Assembly (NCBI GenBank): GCA_050011355.1
Contig: JBEKJG010000007.1
Span: 30,756-94,755 of the forward strand
Direction of reading: 5' to 3'
DNA from: Thermoplasmata archaeon
GTDB taxonomy: Archaea; Thermoplasmatota; Thermoplasmata; Lutacidiplasmatales; UBA184
Length of the DNA stretch: 64,000 nucleotides
The translations under genes and the position numbers were made by a program. Of the stretch, positions 18,353-26,345 are shown one piece after another; positions within the stretch are counted from its first letter, which is position 1; each line of letters starts with the position of its first letter. The notes beneath the pieces were generated by a model. The model saw only the letters and a list, made by a program, of their open reading frames with translations. It was not told where the DNA came from and did not search any database.

Positions 18353-21300
18353 CTAGCGTGGGGGCTGCCGGTGCATGTCCGCAACTTCCTCGTGAAACTC
18401 CTGAACCCAGCCCAGCGCTTCAGTCTTAGCTCGAGTGTACCGGTAACTCGTATACCCCCAGCCGGCTCCAAATGCCCCCACGACTGCGATAACCACGAGG
18501 ACGGCTTCAGTCACCCACAGAATGGAGCTGGACGCGACGGTTCCAGGTGGCGCCGCCGAGAAGACTGCCGTGACGGCGGGCGGACTAGACCCATTTATAG
18601 TGACGGTAGGAGTTGAAATCGCTACTCGGTAGCCGATCGGTCCGGAAGCGGATAGACCATATGTGCCATCGGGCAAATGAAGGGTAACTGAAGGCATCGT
18701 CGAGGGGGAAGAAACTACTACTTGGTTCGCCAGATTTGTCGCGCTCACCAACCATAGCCCTGATGTGACCAACCCTGATTCCGTGAATGTCACCGGGAAG
18801 GTGGCACTCGAGAAAGTGACGTTGACGATAACCGGCCCGCCCTCGACCTTGATAGAGCTAGCATAGCTCACCGAGTAGCCCCCGATTTGTCCAACTATCA
18901 CAGAGTACGTCCCGTTAGGTTCAGTAAAGGCGTTTGTAGTGGTCGTCGAGGTCGCCCACATTCCCCCCAATTGGCCGGCCCAAGATGTGGAGGTCGGGAG
19001 TCCTGTTTCAATCAGAGAGACTGGGTATACGGCACTGATTGACCCACTCGAGAAGGTGACATTGATCAGTATGGGGGCTCCAGCCACCAAGAACGAACCG
19101 GAGGCAGGGTCGGGACTATAATCAGCTACAGATCCGATAACGAACGAGTAAGTGCCGTTCGGCTCCGCAAAGGGCAGCAATTCCGTCGAGGACTCTTGTG
19201 AGGTCGAGTTTACGGTTGCGGACCAGGTCGCACCTGAAGGTAGTCCCAGCTCTCTAAAAATGACGGTGCTCAGTACCTTCGGTTTGCCTCCGTAGATGAT
19301 CGAGAGTGTCCCCTGATACTCATTGGAGACGTAGATGTCGCCATTCGAAGGGTCAAATGCATCGTACCACGGGCCACCCCCAACTCCAATGCGATCGATG
19401 ACCGAGTAGTTCGACATCGATATCACGGTGACATTGTCAGTCACGTTGTTTGTGACGAAGATGTCTCCGGTCGCATTGTCGAAAGCTATATCCGAGGAAT
19501 AGGAACCTTCGTCGCCAACTTGAATTGACGCGACTACTGAATTTGACACGTCAGAGATGACGTAAACCATGCCGGACCAGGGCGTTGGCACGACGACCTC
19601 GCCCGTAGCGCTATCGCAAGCCATTCCAACGCCCCAGAAGTTGGGGGGCGAGCTGGCCTCGGTGCCTGCCATCACTATTGTCGAAACCACCGAATTCGTA
19701 CTATCAGATATCACGCTAACATTGTTCGAGTTAGCGTACGCGACAAAAATCTCGTTGGCTACGTCGTCGTAAACGACAGATTCCGGGAAATCTCCCACTG
19801 GGATGGTCGCGATCACCGAGTCATTGAGATCCGAAATCACGGTCAGGCTAGCGGAGTGAAGATCGGCCACGAATACCTCGCTCCTTCCACCATCGTAGGC
19901 GATTCCAAACGGGGAGCCCGCGACCGGAATGTTAGTGACGACTTGGTCGGTCTGATCACTGATCACCGTGACATTGTCCGTGGCCGCATCGGAAACGAAC
20001 ATCTCACCTTTCCCGCTGTCATACGCCACTTGTTGGGGAATCTGTCCGGTCTCGACGTTAGTGATGATGGAGTTTGAGGTCGCGTTGATTACACTGTCCG
20101 CGCCGGATGGGTTTGCGAGGAGCAACTCTTGTGTCCGGCCGTCATACGCCAACCCCCAAGGTTCGCTGCCGACGGAAATGGTCGCGACAATGGTGTTGGA
20201 ACGATCCGCGATCACGCTCACGTTGTCGCTGGCACTGTTTGGTACGAAGATCTCACCCTTCGAACTATCATAGGTCGCGGCGAGGGGATCGGAGCCAACA
20301 GTGATGCTAGCAACCTCCGAATTGTCTGCGTCTGATACAGCTACTACCTTGTCCAACCCCACGGTCGCGAAGATCTCGCCCTTGGAACTATCGTAGGTCA
20401 AACCAGCGGCGCCGATTGGTATCTGCGCCACGATAGAATTGTTGGCGTTGGAAATCACGGATAGGGCATTTGCGGAAACGAATACCTCTCCCTTCGCACT
20501 GTCATATACCGCATCGTATGACCAGCCACTAACGTTCACCTTTGTAACAATGGAGTTGTTCGTATCCGAGATTACCTGCACGGTGTCTAACGCGCCGCAG
20601 GTGACGAAGATCTCGCCGCTACCGCTGTCGTAGGCCAATTCACCGGGTTGGCAACTGCCCACGGGGATTGATGCCACGACGGTGTCGTTTGTGTCGTTGA
20701 TGACAACAATACTGCTCCCTCCATCATTGGCGACGAAGACCTCCCCCATTGCATGGTCGTACACTATGCCCGACGATGGGCCCCCGATGGGGATGCTTGC
20801 AACAACCTTGTTGGTCAGGTCCGAGATTACGTTCACGTCGTTCGCACCGTTGTTTGACGCGAAGATCTCTCCCTTGCCGGTGTCGTACGCTAGTCCGTAG
20901 GGCGTGCCACTCGGGATTGTGGACACGACCGAGTTGGTCGCGTCCGAGATGACACTGATGTTGTTCGAATCACTGTCTCCCACGAAGATTTCACCGGTTA
21001 CGCTGTCATACACCGACGTGAACGGCCAGTTCCCGTTCCCGGCAGGGAAGTTCCCTGGAACGAGCGTGTTATTGAAGAGCACCAAAGTGTCAGTGACACG
21101 CAAGGGCTTCTGAGAGGTCGTCATCGCACGAGCCGGCAACAAATGCGACGAGGGCCGCAGCGAGAATGGGACCTCCGGGTATCGCCCTGGACTGGAACGA
21201 TTCGAAGGGCCCGAAGCGGGTAAGGCCGGAGATAGGCTCACGAGTAGAAGTAGCGCAGTCAAACCAACGACTCCCGCGAATCCTAAGATCCGGCGTGGGC

Positions 21301-21376
21301 GACACCGGTCGGACACAGCGAAGACTTTCAGTGAGTTACCTTGGGGCGCACAAGTGCTTGCGGGGGGCGACGCCAT
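18353..21376 (-). CDS. YVTN/YncE beta-propeller surface protein with thermopsin-like C-terminal repeats and TM anchor
   Basis: ~14 'YDS..GEIFV.N..SNNVSVI' repeats; three F.E.GLP.G..WS..NGTY units; C-terminal TM; start uncertain. Confidence 0.9.
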   Translation of the reverse strand: MASPPASTCAPQGNSLKVFAVSDRCRPRRILGFAGVVGLTALLLLVSLSPALPASGPSNRSSPGRYPEVPFSLRPSSHLLPARAMTTSQKPLRVTDTLVLFNNTLVPGNFPAGNGNWPFTSVYDSVTGEIFVGDSDSNNISVISDATNSVVSTIPSGTPYGLAYDTGKGEIFASNNGANDVNVISDLTNKVVASIPIGGPSSGIVYDHAMGEVFVANDGGSSIVVINDTNDTVVASIPVGSCQPGELAYDSGSGEIFVTCGALDTVQVISDTNNSIVTKVNVSGWSYDAVYDSAKGEVFVSANALSVISNANNSIVAQIPIGAAGLTYDSSKGEIFATVGLDKVVAVSDADNSEVASITVGSDPLAATYDSSKGEIFVPNSASDNVSVIADRSNTIVATISVGSEPWGLAYDGRTQELLLANPSGADSVINATSNSIITNVETGQIPQQVAYDSGKGEMFVSDAATDNVTVISDQTDQVVTNIPVAGSPFGIAYDGGRSEVFVADLHSASLTVISDLNDSVIATIPVGDFPESVVYDDVANEIFVAYANSNNVSVISDSTNSVVSTIVMAGTEASSPPNFWGVGMACDSATGEVVVPTPWSGMVYVISDVSNSVVASIQVGDEGSYSSDIAFDNATGDIFVTNNVTDNVTVISMSNYSVIDRIGVGGGPWYDAFDPSNGDIYVSNEYQGTLSIIYGGKPKVLSTVIFRELGLPSGATWSATVNSTSQESSTELLPFAEPNGTYSFVIGSVADYSPDPASGSFLVAGAPILINVTFSSGSISAVYPVSLIETGLPTSTSWAGQLGGMWATSTTTTNAFTEPNGTYSVIVGQIGGYSVSYASSIKVEGGPVIVNVTFSSATFPVTFTESGLVTSGLWLVSATNLANQVVVSSPSTMPSVTLHLPDGTYGLSASGPIGYRVAISTPTVTINGSSPPAVTAVFSAAPPGTVASSSILWVTEAVLVVIAVVGAFGAGWGYTSYRYTRAKTEALGWVQEFHEEVADMHRQPPR

Positions 21377-21454
21377 CCTCCCGAGGAAGAAAACCTACCT
21401 TAAGAAGGAATTCGAATTTATTTCCGAAACGGTGCCATACAAGACGGGGGTAAG

Positions 21455-21652
21455 CTACCCGTTCACCTCGTCCCGCATGATCACGGCCGGTTTCCGCCGG
21501 GTCTTGCCTCGGACACGCACTCCCGACGACCCGATCGAAGCGGTCCCGACCTTGCTGTCCTTCTTGTCCCAGACCTCGATCGTGATGTTCCCCTTGCCGA
21601 GGCGGATCCCCCAGTCTCCCTCCACGTGAACGTGTGCGTAGCGCGGCGCCAT
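21455..21652 (-). CDS. small basic hypothetical protein
   Basis: MAPRYAHVHVEG...ITIEVWDK...KVGTASIG; GC3-rich; possibly truncated by TAG. Confidence 0.45.
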   Translation of the reverse strand: MAPRYAHVHVEGDWGIRLGKGNITIEVWDKKDSKVGTASIGSSGVRVRGKTRRKPAVIMRDEVNG

Positions 21653-21734
21653 GGTCCGATGGTATCGAGCCGCCAACTTGAGTTCGTCCGGAAGGGGACA
21701 ATCCGTAGGCACGTCACACTCGCGGGTCGCGTAT

Positions 21735-22019
21735 TCACGGCGCGTCTTTCCGCTGGAGCGAGATTGCGCGTAGAGTCGACACCCCCGTGTAGAGCCCGAT
21801 CAGGCTCGCGACTCCGACCAGGATCACGCCCAGATACTGCAAGTAAAGGTACATGGGATTCGGGACCGCCGTAGGGCACGGGTCCCCGGGTGGACAGTTG
21901 TTGTTGATGCGCTGAGCATTCGTGGACGACTGTTGATACGCGTAGGTGCCACCGAGTAACAATGCGACCCCCACGGTTGCAAAGGCTACGATCTGGAGGG
22001 CCCGAATCCTCGGATTCAT
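21735..22019 (-). CDS. small 2-TM protein with Cys-pair loop
   Basis: TM - NNNCPPGDPCP - TM. Confidence 0.6.
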   Translation of the reverse strand: MNPRIRALQIVAFATVGVALLLGGTYAYQQSSTNAQRINNNCPPGDPCPTAVPNPMYLYLQYLGVILVGVASLIGLYTGVSTLRAISLQRKDAP

Positions 22020-22179
22020 GGGTAAGGCCCCAACCGACCAGACGCCAGAGCCCACGTTAAACTCGCCGTGTTGTGGCGGGATCGAGATCAGTACCAGCTC
22101 GCCCGGGTGTTCACGGCCCGCTTCCCCGCGGAACATCCGGGTTGGGAAGAAACATGAAGGTCGTGGTACTCGGCGCGGT

Positions 22180-22467
22180 GTGCCCGGAATCGTGCACTGG
22201 CACTGCGTCGCCCGCGGCCGCGTCCAGGGCGTGAACTACTGCGCGCGGGTCGCGGAGGCGGCCCAGCGTCACGGCGTGGTCGGCACGGTCGCGAACCGCC
22301 CCGACGGCACGGTCTTCATCGACGTGCAGGGCCCGGTCGAGGCCGTGGAGGCGTTCCTCCGCGCAGTCAGCGGTCCGCGGGGCGTGAGCCACGCGCACGC
22401 GGTCGAGCGCGTGGCGCAGGTCGCGGTCTCGTCCGAGCTGGTCGGATTCGACATTTTGCGAGGTTGA
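22180..22467 (+). CDS. acyP: acylphosphatase family protein (catalytic Arg replaced)
   Basis: GRVQGVNYC (canonical GxVQGVxFR), G.VANRPDGTV. Confidence 0.85.
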   Translation: MPGIVHWHCVARGRVQGVNYCARVAEAAQRHGVVGTVANRPDGTVFIDVQGPVEAVEAFLRAVSGPRGVSHAHAVERVAQVAVSSELVGFDILRG

Positions 22468-22505
22468 GTCGCGGACCCTCCCGCTAGCGTTTCTTCTGTC
22501 GTCGC

Positions 22506-23042
22506 TCAACGCGATATCGAGTAAATGGTCCAACCGGGCCGGCTCGCTCGCTCGCTAATCGTGAGGCCCCGGCGCCTAGCCTCCCCGAAGATTTCTTCGA
22601 GCGCCGCACTCGGGACGAAGGTCTCCTGAATGCCTCCATGCGGGCCAAAAATGGACTGCACCGCCAAGCCTCGGGAGATGGAGTCGCCGACTCCCCCTGT
22701 CCTTCGACCTCGGGTCACGAAATTGGGGTCGCTCCAGCGTCTCAAGTCAAGCCCTCCTCGCCCGTATTCCAGCCGTAAGCCATCGTCATCCACGACCAAG
22801 AATGAAGCGGCCGGACCCAGTCGCAGGAGTAACCAGGCGAACAGCAGCCAAACGAGAGCCAAAGCGGCGAAAAGTGCGACCTCCGCTGAGGGCAGGTTGC
22901 GTGTTAGGATCAGCGCCTCGATATCGTAGTAGAAGATGATTGCGCCAACCGCTAGAACTGTTACCCCGAATCCGGCGCGGAACCAGGCCATGTGGCGCAC
23001 CCACGGGACGTCCTTGAACTCCCGCAGGTCGTAACGCGTCAT
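22506..23042 (-). CDS. 2-TM + PH-like membrane protein (paralogue 4)
   Basis: Two TMs, PAASFLVVDDDGLRLEY...RRW...VPSAALEEIFGEARRRG. Confidence 0.72.
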   Translation of the reverse strand: MTRYDLREFKDVPWVRHMAWFRAGFGVTVLAVGAIIFYYDIEALILTRNLPSAEVALFAALALVWLLFAWLLLRLGPAASFLVVDDDGLRLEYGRGGLDLRRWSDPNFVTRGRRTGGVGDSISRGLAVQSIFGPHGGIQETFVPSAALEEIFGEARRRGLTISERASRPGWTIYSISR

Positions 23043-23193
23043 TCGTGGCCCGATACGGACCCATCGTTCAAGAGGCTGACCAATCCGATCTAACTCGGCC
23101 CACCGCAGGCGGCGCGGGTCCCCCTAACGAAACTCCTTGGCTGGCCCCCTCGGGCGGCAATGCCATTAGCACGGGAAGCAAGTCAGGGCCTCG

Positions 23194-23840
23194 ATGGGTT
23201 CTACGGAGTTCGATATCTCCGCCCAGTCCCGCCTTGGCGCCCGTGACCGAGCCTGGGTAAATTGGCTCGGCAGGGCGTTCGCGGCCCTCCTACTTTTCGC
23301 CTGGTTGTTGATGATTGGCCCGCTGTTATTCTAGCCACCCCACGAATTCACTATCTGCGGAGGCAAGGTCCCCTCCTGTTCGCAGGTCCCTGCTTCCGAG
23401 TATTGGGTCACCATAGTCATCCTTTCAGCCATCTACCTGGGATTCGCGACCCTCATTGTGATTCTCTCAAGCTCTTCCCTCAGGCCCCAGCCACGCGTCT
23501 CCTGGTCGACGAATCGGGGATCTGGATCCAATTCCGGTCCGGTCGTCCGGCCGGAATCTCTTGGCCCACCGGGTGGCGTGTCCTTTGGTTCTACGACTAT
23601 CGAGAACTCCTGACCGTCGGGCGCAAGCAAAAGCCGGACGGTTTGATTCAACTGGGGGTCTTCCTTCGTGATGTGGGACTTACCGGCGAAGCGGTGGACC
23701 GGATTCTCGCAACCGCAGGAAGACTAGGGTACAACGTCCAGACCTTACGAATGGACCAATCCATGACGCGGCGGGCCGGGTTTCTGATCATTTACAACAT
23801 TCGCTCGCGGACCAACCCGACTGCCCAGAGTTCGATTTAG
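23194..23840 (+). pseudogene. decayed 2-TM + PH-like gene (paralogue 5)
   Basis: ATG 23194 frame gives TM1, an in-frame TAG at 23332, a Cys-pair loop and TM2; frameshift ~23465 into APATRLLVDESGIWIQF...LTGEAVDRILATAGRLG. Confidence 0.7.
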
Positions 23841-23908
23841 GGATCCGAGGCTGGCAGATTTCGGAACCACACGGTGCCGAGTTACGCGACGACCCTGCCA
23901 GTCGCAGT

Positions 23909-23927
23909 CGCGGGTCCTCCCCGCTCG
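23909..23927 (+). repeat. type C intergenic repeat copy 1
   Basis: CGCGGGTCCTCCCCGCTCG. Confidence 0.75.
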
Positions 23928-23996
23928 TCCCGGGCACCCACGTTGCGCCGCAAAATTCAACTCCTCTTGCGAGAATATGTTAGTGAAGCAGCGAAT

Positions 23997-24530
23997 TTGG
24001 CCACCTACCCCAACCCCGTCGAGCTCCAGTTCCCTCGGATTCGGAGGCGCGTTCAGATAGGTTACGCCTGGCTGACCGCCTCTCTGGCTGTCTTTGCTTC
24101 AGGAGTACTGCTCCGGATCGGCTGGCTGGGGGCGATGGGCATCTTCCTACTCATATTCGCAACGGTGATCGTCGGCGCACCTGCCCTCGGACTGCGGAGG
24201 TTGCGGCGGGCGATACCCGCGGCTATCGAGGTCCGGGAAGACCGCATCCTTGCTGAGCGGGATCCTCGGTTTGTCCGTGCAAGTGAGCCGCGGGTGTTTG
24301 AGATCCCATACAGTCGAATTGAAGGCATACACCCCCAAACCCGTCGAAGCCTACCCGCGGTCACCTACATTGACCCCATTCGCGGTCGTACCGAAGTGGT
24401 TTCCACCCACGGGCTCGAGAAGGGGCAGTGTCGGAGAGACCTTCCCCTGACGCGCGAGAATCTCGAGAGGGTTTCGACGGCCTATCAGTTCTGGGCGCAA
24501 GCCGCGAAAGCTCCCGCCACACAGACGTGA
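23997..24530 (+). CDS. 2-TM + PH-like membrane protein (paralogue 6)
   Basis: Two TMs, PAAIEVREDRI...IPYSRI...LTRENLERV; start uncertain. Confidence 0.7.
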   Translation: MATYPNPVELQFPRIRRRVQIGYAWLTASLAVFASGVLLRIGWLGAMGIFLLIFATVIVGAPALGLRRLRRAIPAAIEVREDRILAERDPRFVRASEPRVFEIPYSRIEGIHPQTRRSLPAVTYIDPIRGRTEVVSTHGLEKGQCRRDLPLTRENLERVSTAYQFWAQAAKAPATQT

Positions 24531-24591
24531 GACTCGAGTAATGAGGGGACAAGCCGGGATCCTCCAGCCGGGCTTCTGAGGTGCCCAATCG

Positions 24592-24610
24592 CGCGGGTCC
24601 TCCCCGCTCG
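24592..24610 (+). repeat. type C intergenic repeat copy 2
   Basis: 19/19 identical to 23909; followed by CTCCGCTCGCGGGTCCCC. Confidence 0.75.
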
Positions 24611-24638
24611 CTCCGCTCGCGGGTCCCCCCCGCGCGGT

Positions 24639-25157
24639 TCAACGGAGTTGCGTGTTCGTGCTGGGTAGGAGTCCGGCGCGCTTGAGCAAGCGCTTCGAGA
24701 GGGGCCACCGGGGGCACCTGGGGTCTTGGACTAATGCGCGGAACTGGGCGGGACTGAGAATGTGCCCGGGATGACTCACGCCCAACGGTTTCTTGACCGT
24801 CCTTCGAACCCATATCCCGTAGATTGAGGCAGAGGGCGGGTCCAGCTTTTCCCAGGGGATAGGCCGCAAGGATTTGGACGATCCGAACGCCACTCCCGAG
24901 TCAGAGAGTCGAATTCTCCCCGGTTCCATGGAGAGGCTGGTAGAAAGAATTCCAACGGCAAACATCGCAGTGAACAATAGGAAGAGCTCCCAAAACTGTC
25001 GGATTCCGCCTAGAATTACGGGAGCGCCCAGGAGCAGGGCGCCCGCTGCCCACGCCGCAGGAACGAGGGTACCGATTGCAATTACCGGCCCGATCCAAGC
25101 TAGCCGAGGGCTTTCGCGGGCCACCGATGTCTCCTCGCCCACATTTGGGTCAAGCAC
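24639..25157 (-). CDS. 2-TM + PH-like membrane protein (paralogue 7)
   Basis: Two TMs, PGRIRLSDSGV...IPWEKL...GHILSPAQFRALVQDPRCPRW. Confidence 0.72.
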   Translation of the reverse strand: MLDPNVGEETSVARESPRLAWIGPVIAIGTLVPAAWAAGALLLGAPVILGGIRQFWELFLLFTAMFAVGILSTSLSMEPGRIRLSDSGVAFGSSKSLRPIPWEKLDPPSASIYGIWVRRTVKKPLGVSHPGHILSPAQFRALVQDPRCPRWPLSKRLLKRAGLLPSTNTQLR

Positions 25158-25230
25158 CGGCGAGGCTATGACCGCGCGCCGCCGGCAACCCTCGATACTG
25201 TAGACAACCGGCGCTGAGCTCGACCTCGCC

Positions 25231-25259
25231 CTTTCTCCCTCCCTTAGCGAGGGAGAAAG
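25231..25259. repeat. perfect 11-bp inverted repeat
   Basis: CTTTCTCCCTC-N7-GAGGGAGAAAG, directly before the TTG at 25260. Confidence 0.75.
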
Positions 25260-25526
25260 TTGCGCGGCGGTGTCGGAATTTGGACTGGAGCCCTACTCCT
25301 CACCCTTGGACTCTCCCTAGTCATCCTCGTCGGATAGTGGTTCGCCGTCTTCGATGCCTGCCTGGCGAACCCAGCTTGCGCTCCTCCTGGTTCCCTACAG
25401 ACTTTGGAAGGCTTTCTCGGGCTGATGATTGTGGGCGTTGCGCTTGTGGTCGGCGGCGCGATGATCCTGTTGGTCGCACGGTTTGGACCAGCTCGCCCCA
25501 TACACCTCAAAACCCCCACTTCCTAA
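25260..25526 (+). pseudogene. small 2-TM Cys-loop protein with internal TAG
   Basis: MRGGVGIWTGALLLTLGLSLVILVG*WFAVFDACLANPAC...GLMIVGVALVVGGAMILLV; TAG at 25335; same architecture as 21735..22019. Confidence 0.55.
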
Positions 25527-26044
25527 TTGGTAGGTCCGGACCGGTCCTCGCCCTGGGAGTCCTCGTCCTCGTCAATGCGGCAGTCGGGTTGCCCCCCCAG
25601 CGTCTCCGGTCCGGCCAAATGCAGTTTCGGAGCGGTCCGGTCCCCCTCCTGCCGGCCCGTTAGGACCACGTATGGACTGAGTCCGCGCAGGTCGTAGACA
25701 CGGGGGCGGGCCCCGTTCACCCAGACCCGGCGGCTGGTCGAGCCCATCAGCGCCATTACCGTTCCGATGTGGTGCTCGGTGTAGCTGGGGCGTTCCGCCA
25801 AGGAAATCATTTCACGGATCTCCTTGCTGGTCGCTTCGGTTTTCCCGCGCGCGAGCATTTCGATGCCAATGGAACGGACGCAGCCCGCGAGAGGGTCGGT
25901 GTCTGCCACCGGGCCAATTTGCGGGGCGTGCGGGCCCAGTTCGGTACACTCCACGCCGGCAAGGTCCGCGGGGGCCTCCTCCGAGTCCAGGAACCTCCGC
26001 GCCCGAAGCCTCTCGGTGGGCTCGGGGTGGGGGTGGGAAATCAA
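25523..26044 (-). CDS. hypothetical wHTH-like fragment, possibly the C-terminus of a mobile-element replication protein
   Basis: ATSKEIRE...HHIGTVMALMG..SRRVWVNG.R.RVY; start unclear. Confidence 0.35.
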   Translation of the reverse strand: MISHPHPEPTERLRARRFLDSEEAPADLAGVECTELGPHAPQIGPVADTDPLAGCVRSIGIEMLARGKTEATSKEIREMISLAERPSYTEHHIGTVMALMGSTSRRVWVNGARPRVYDLRGLSPYVVLTGRQEGDRTAPKLHLAGPETLGGQPDCRIDEDEDSQGEDRSGPTN

Positions 26045-26345
26045 CCAAGTGACCGATCACCTCCTCCATGCGGTCCCCACTCGCCCGCCAAGGCTCAAGA
26101 CGTGCTACCGTTCCATCTGGCGGCCTCTCGCTCGACGTTGGAGCACCTGGCGTCCCGTCTCTCTAGGCGAGGGCCGAACGAAGGCGTTCGAGGTCGGCGG
26201 GTCTGAGCGCGCAATCTAGGGCACGTGTGGTGGAACCCCGTGGAAACCGAGAGTCCGATAACCTTCAAAAGCGCCGCTTGGGTGGGACCCCCCGACTCTC
26301 ACAGATGAGGGAATCGACTCGTCGAACGGCGGCTCGGGCGGGCCG

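Larger units (their letters stand above)
4543..26250. mobile_element. tRNA-adjacent variable genomic island (right boundary approximate)
   Basis: Starts at the tRNA 3' end; visibly more AT-rich third codon positions than flanking core genes; short orphan genes in mixed orientation, HicB/RHH/DUF5710-like genes, pseudogenes and intergenic repeats; no integrase or attR found by eye. Confidence 0.65.

Noticed and set aside
4622-25232. Short ACCTCGCCCT matches at 4622, 10047 and 25223
   Set aside because: Only 10-13 bp in GC-rich DNA; cannot be distinguished from chance without a statistical test
23332-25337. In-frame TAG codons as amber recoding/pyrrolysine
   Set aside because: TAG is the normal stop of many core genes here (prf1, rps19e, rpl39e, mocA, hcrA); one TAG gene also has a frameshift; no pyl genes in the window
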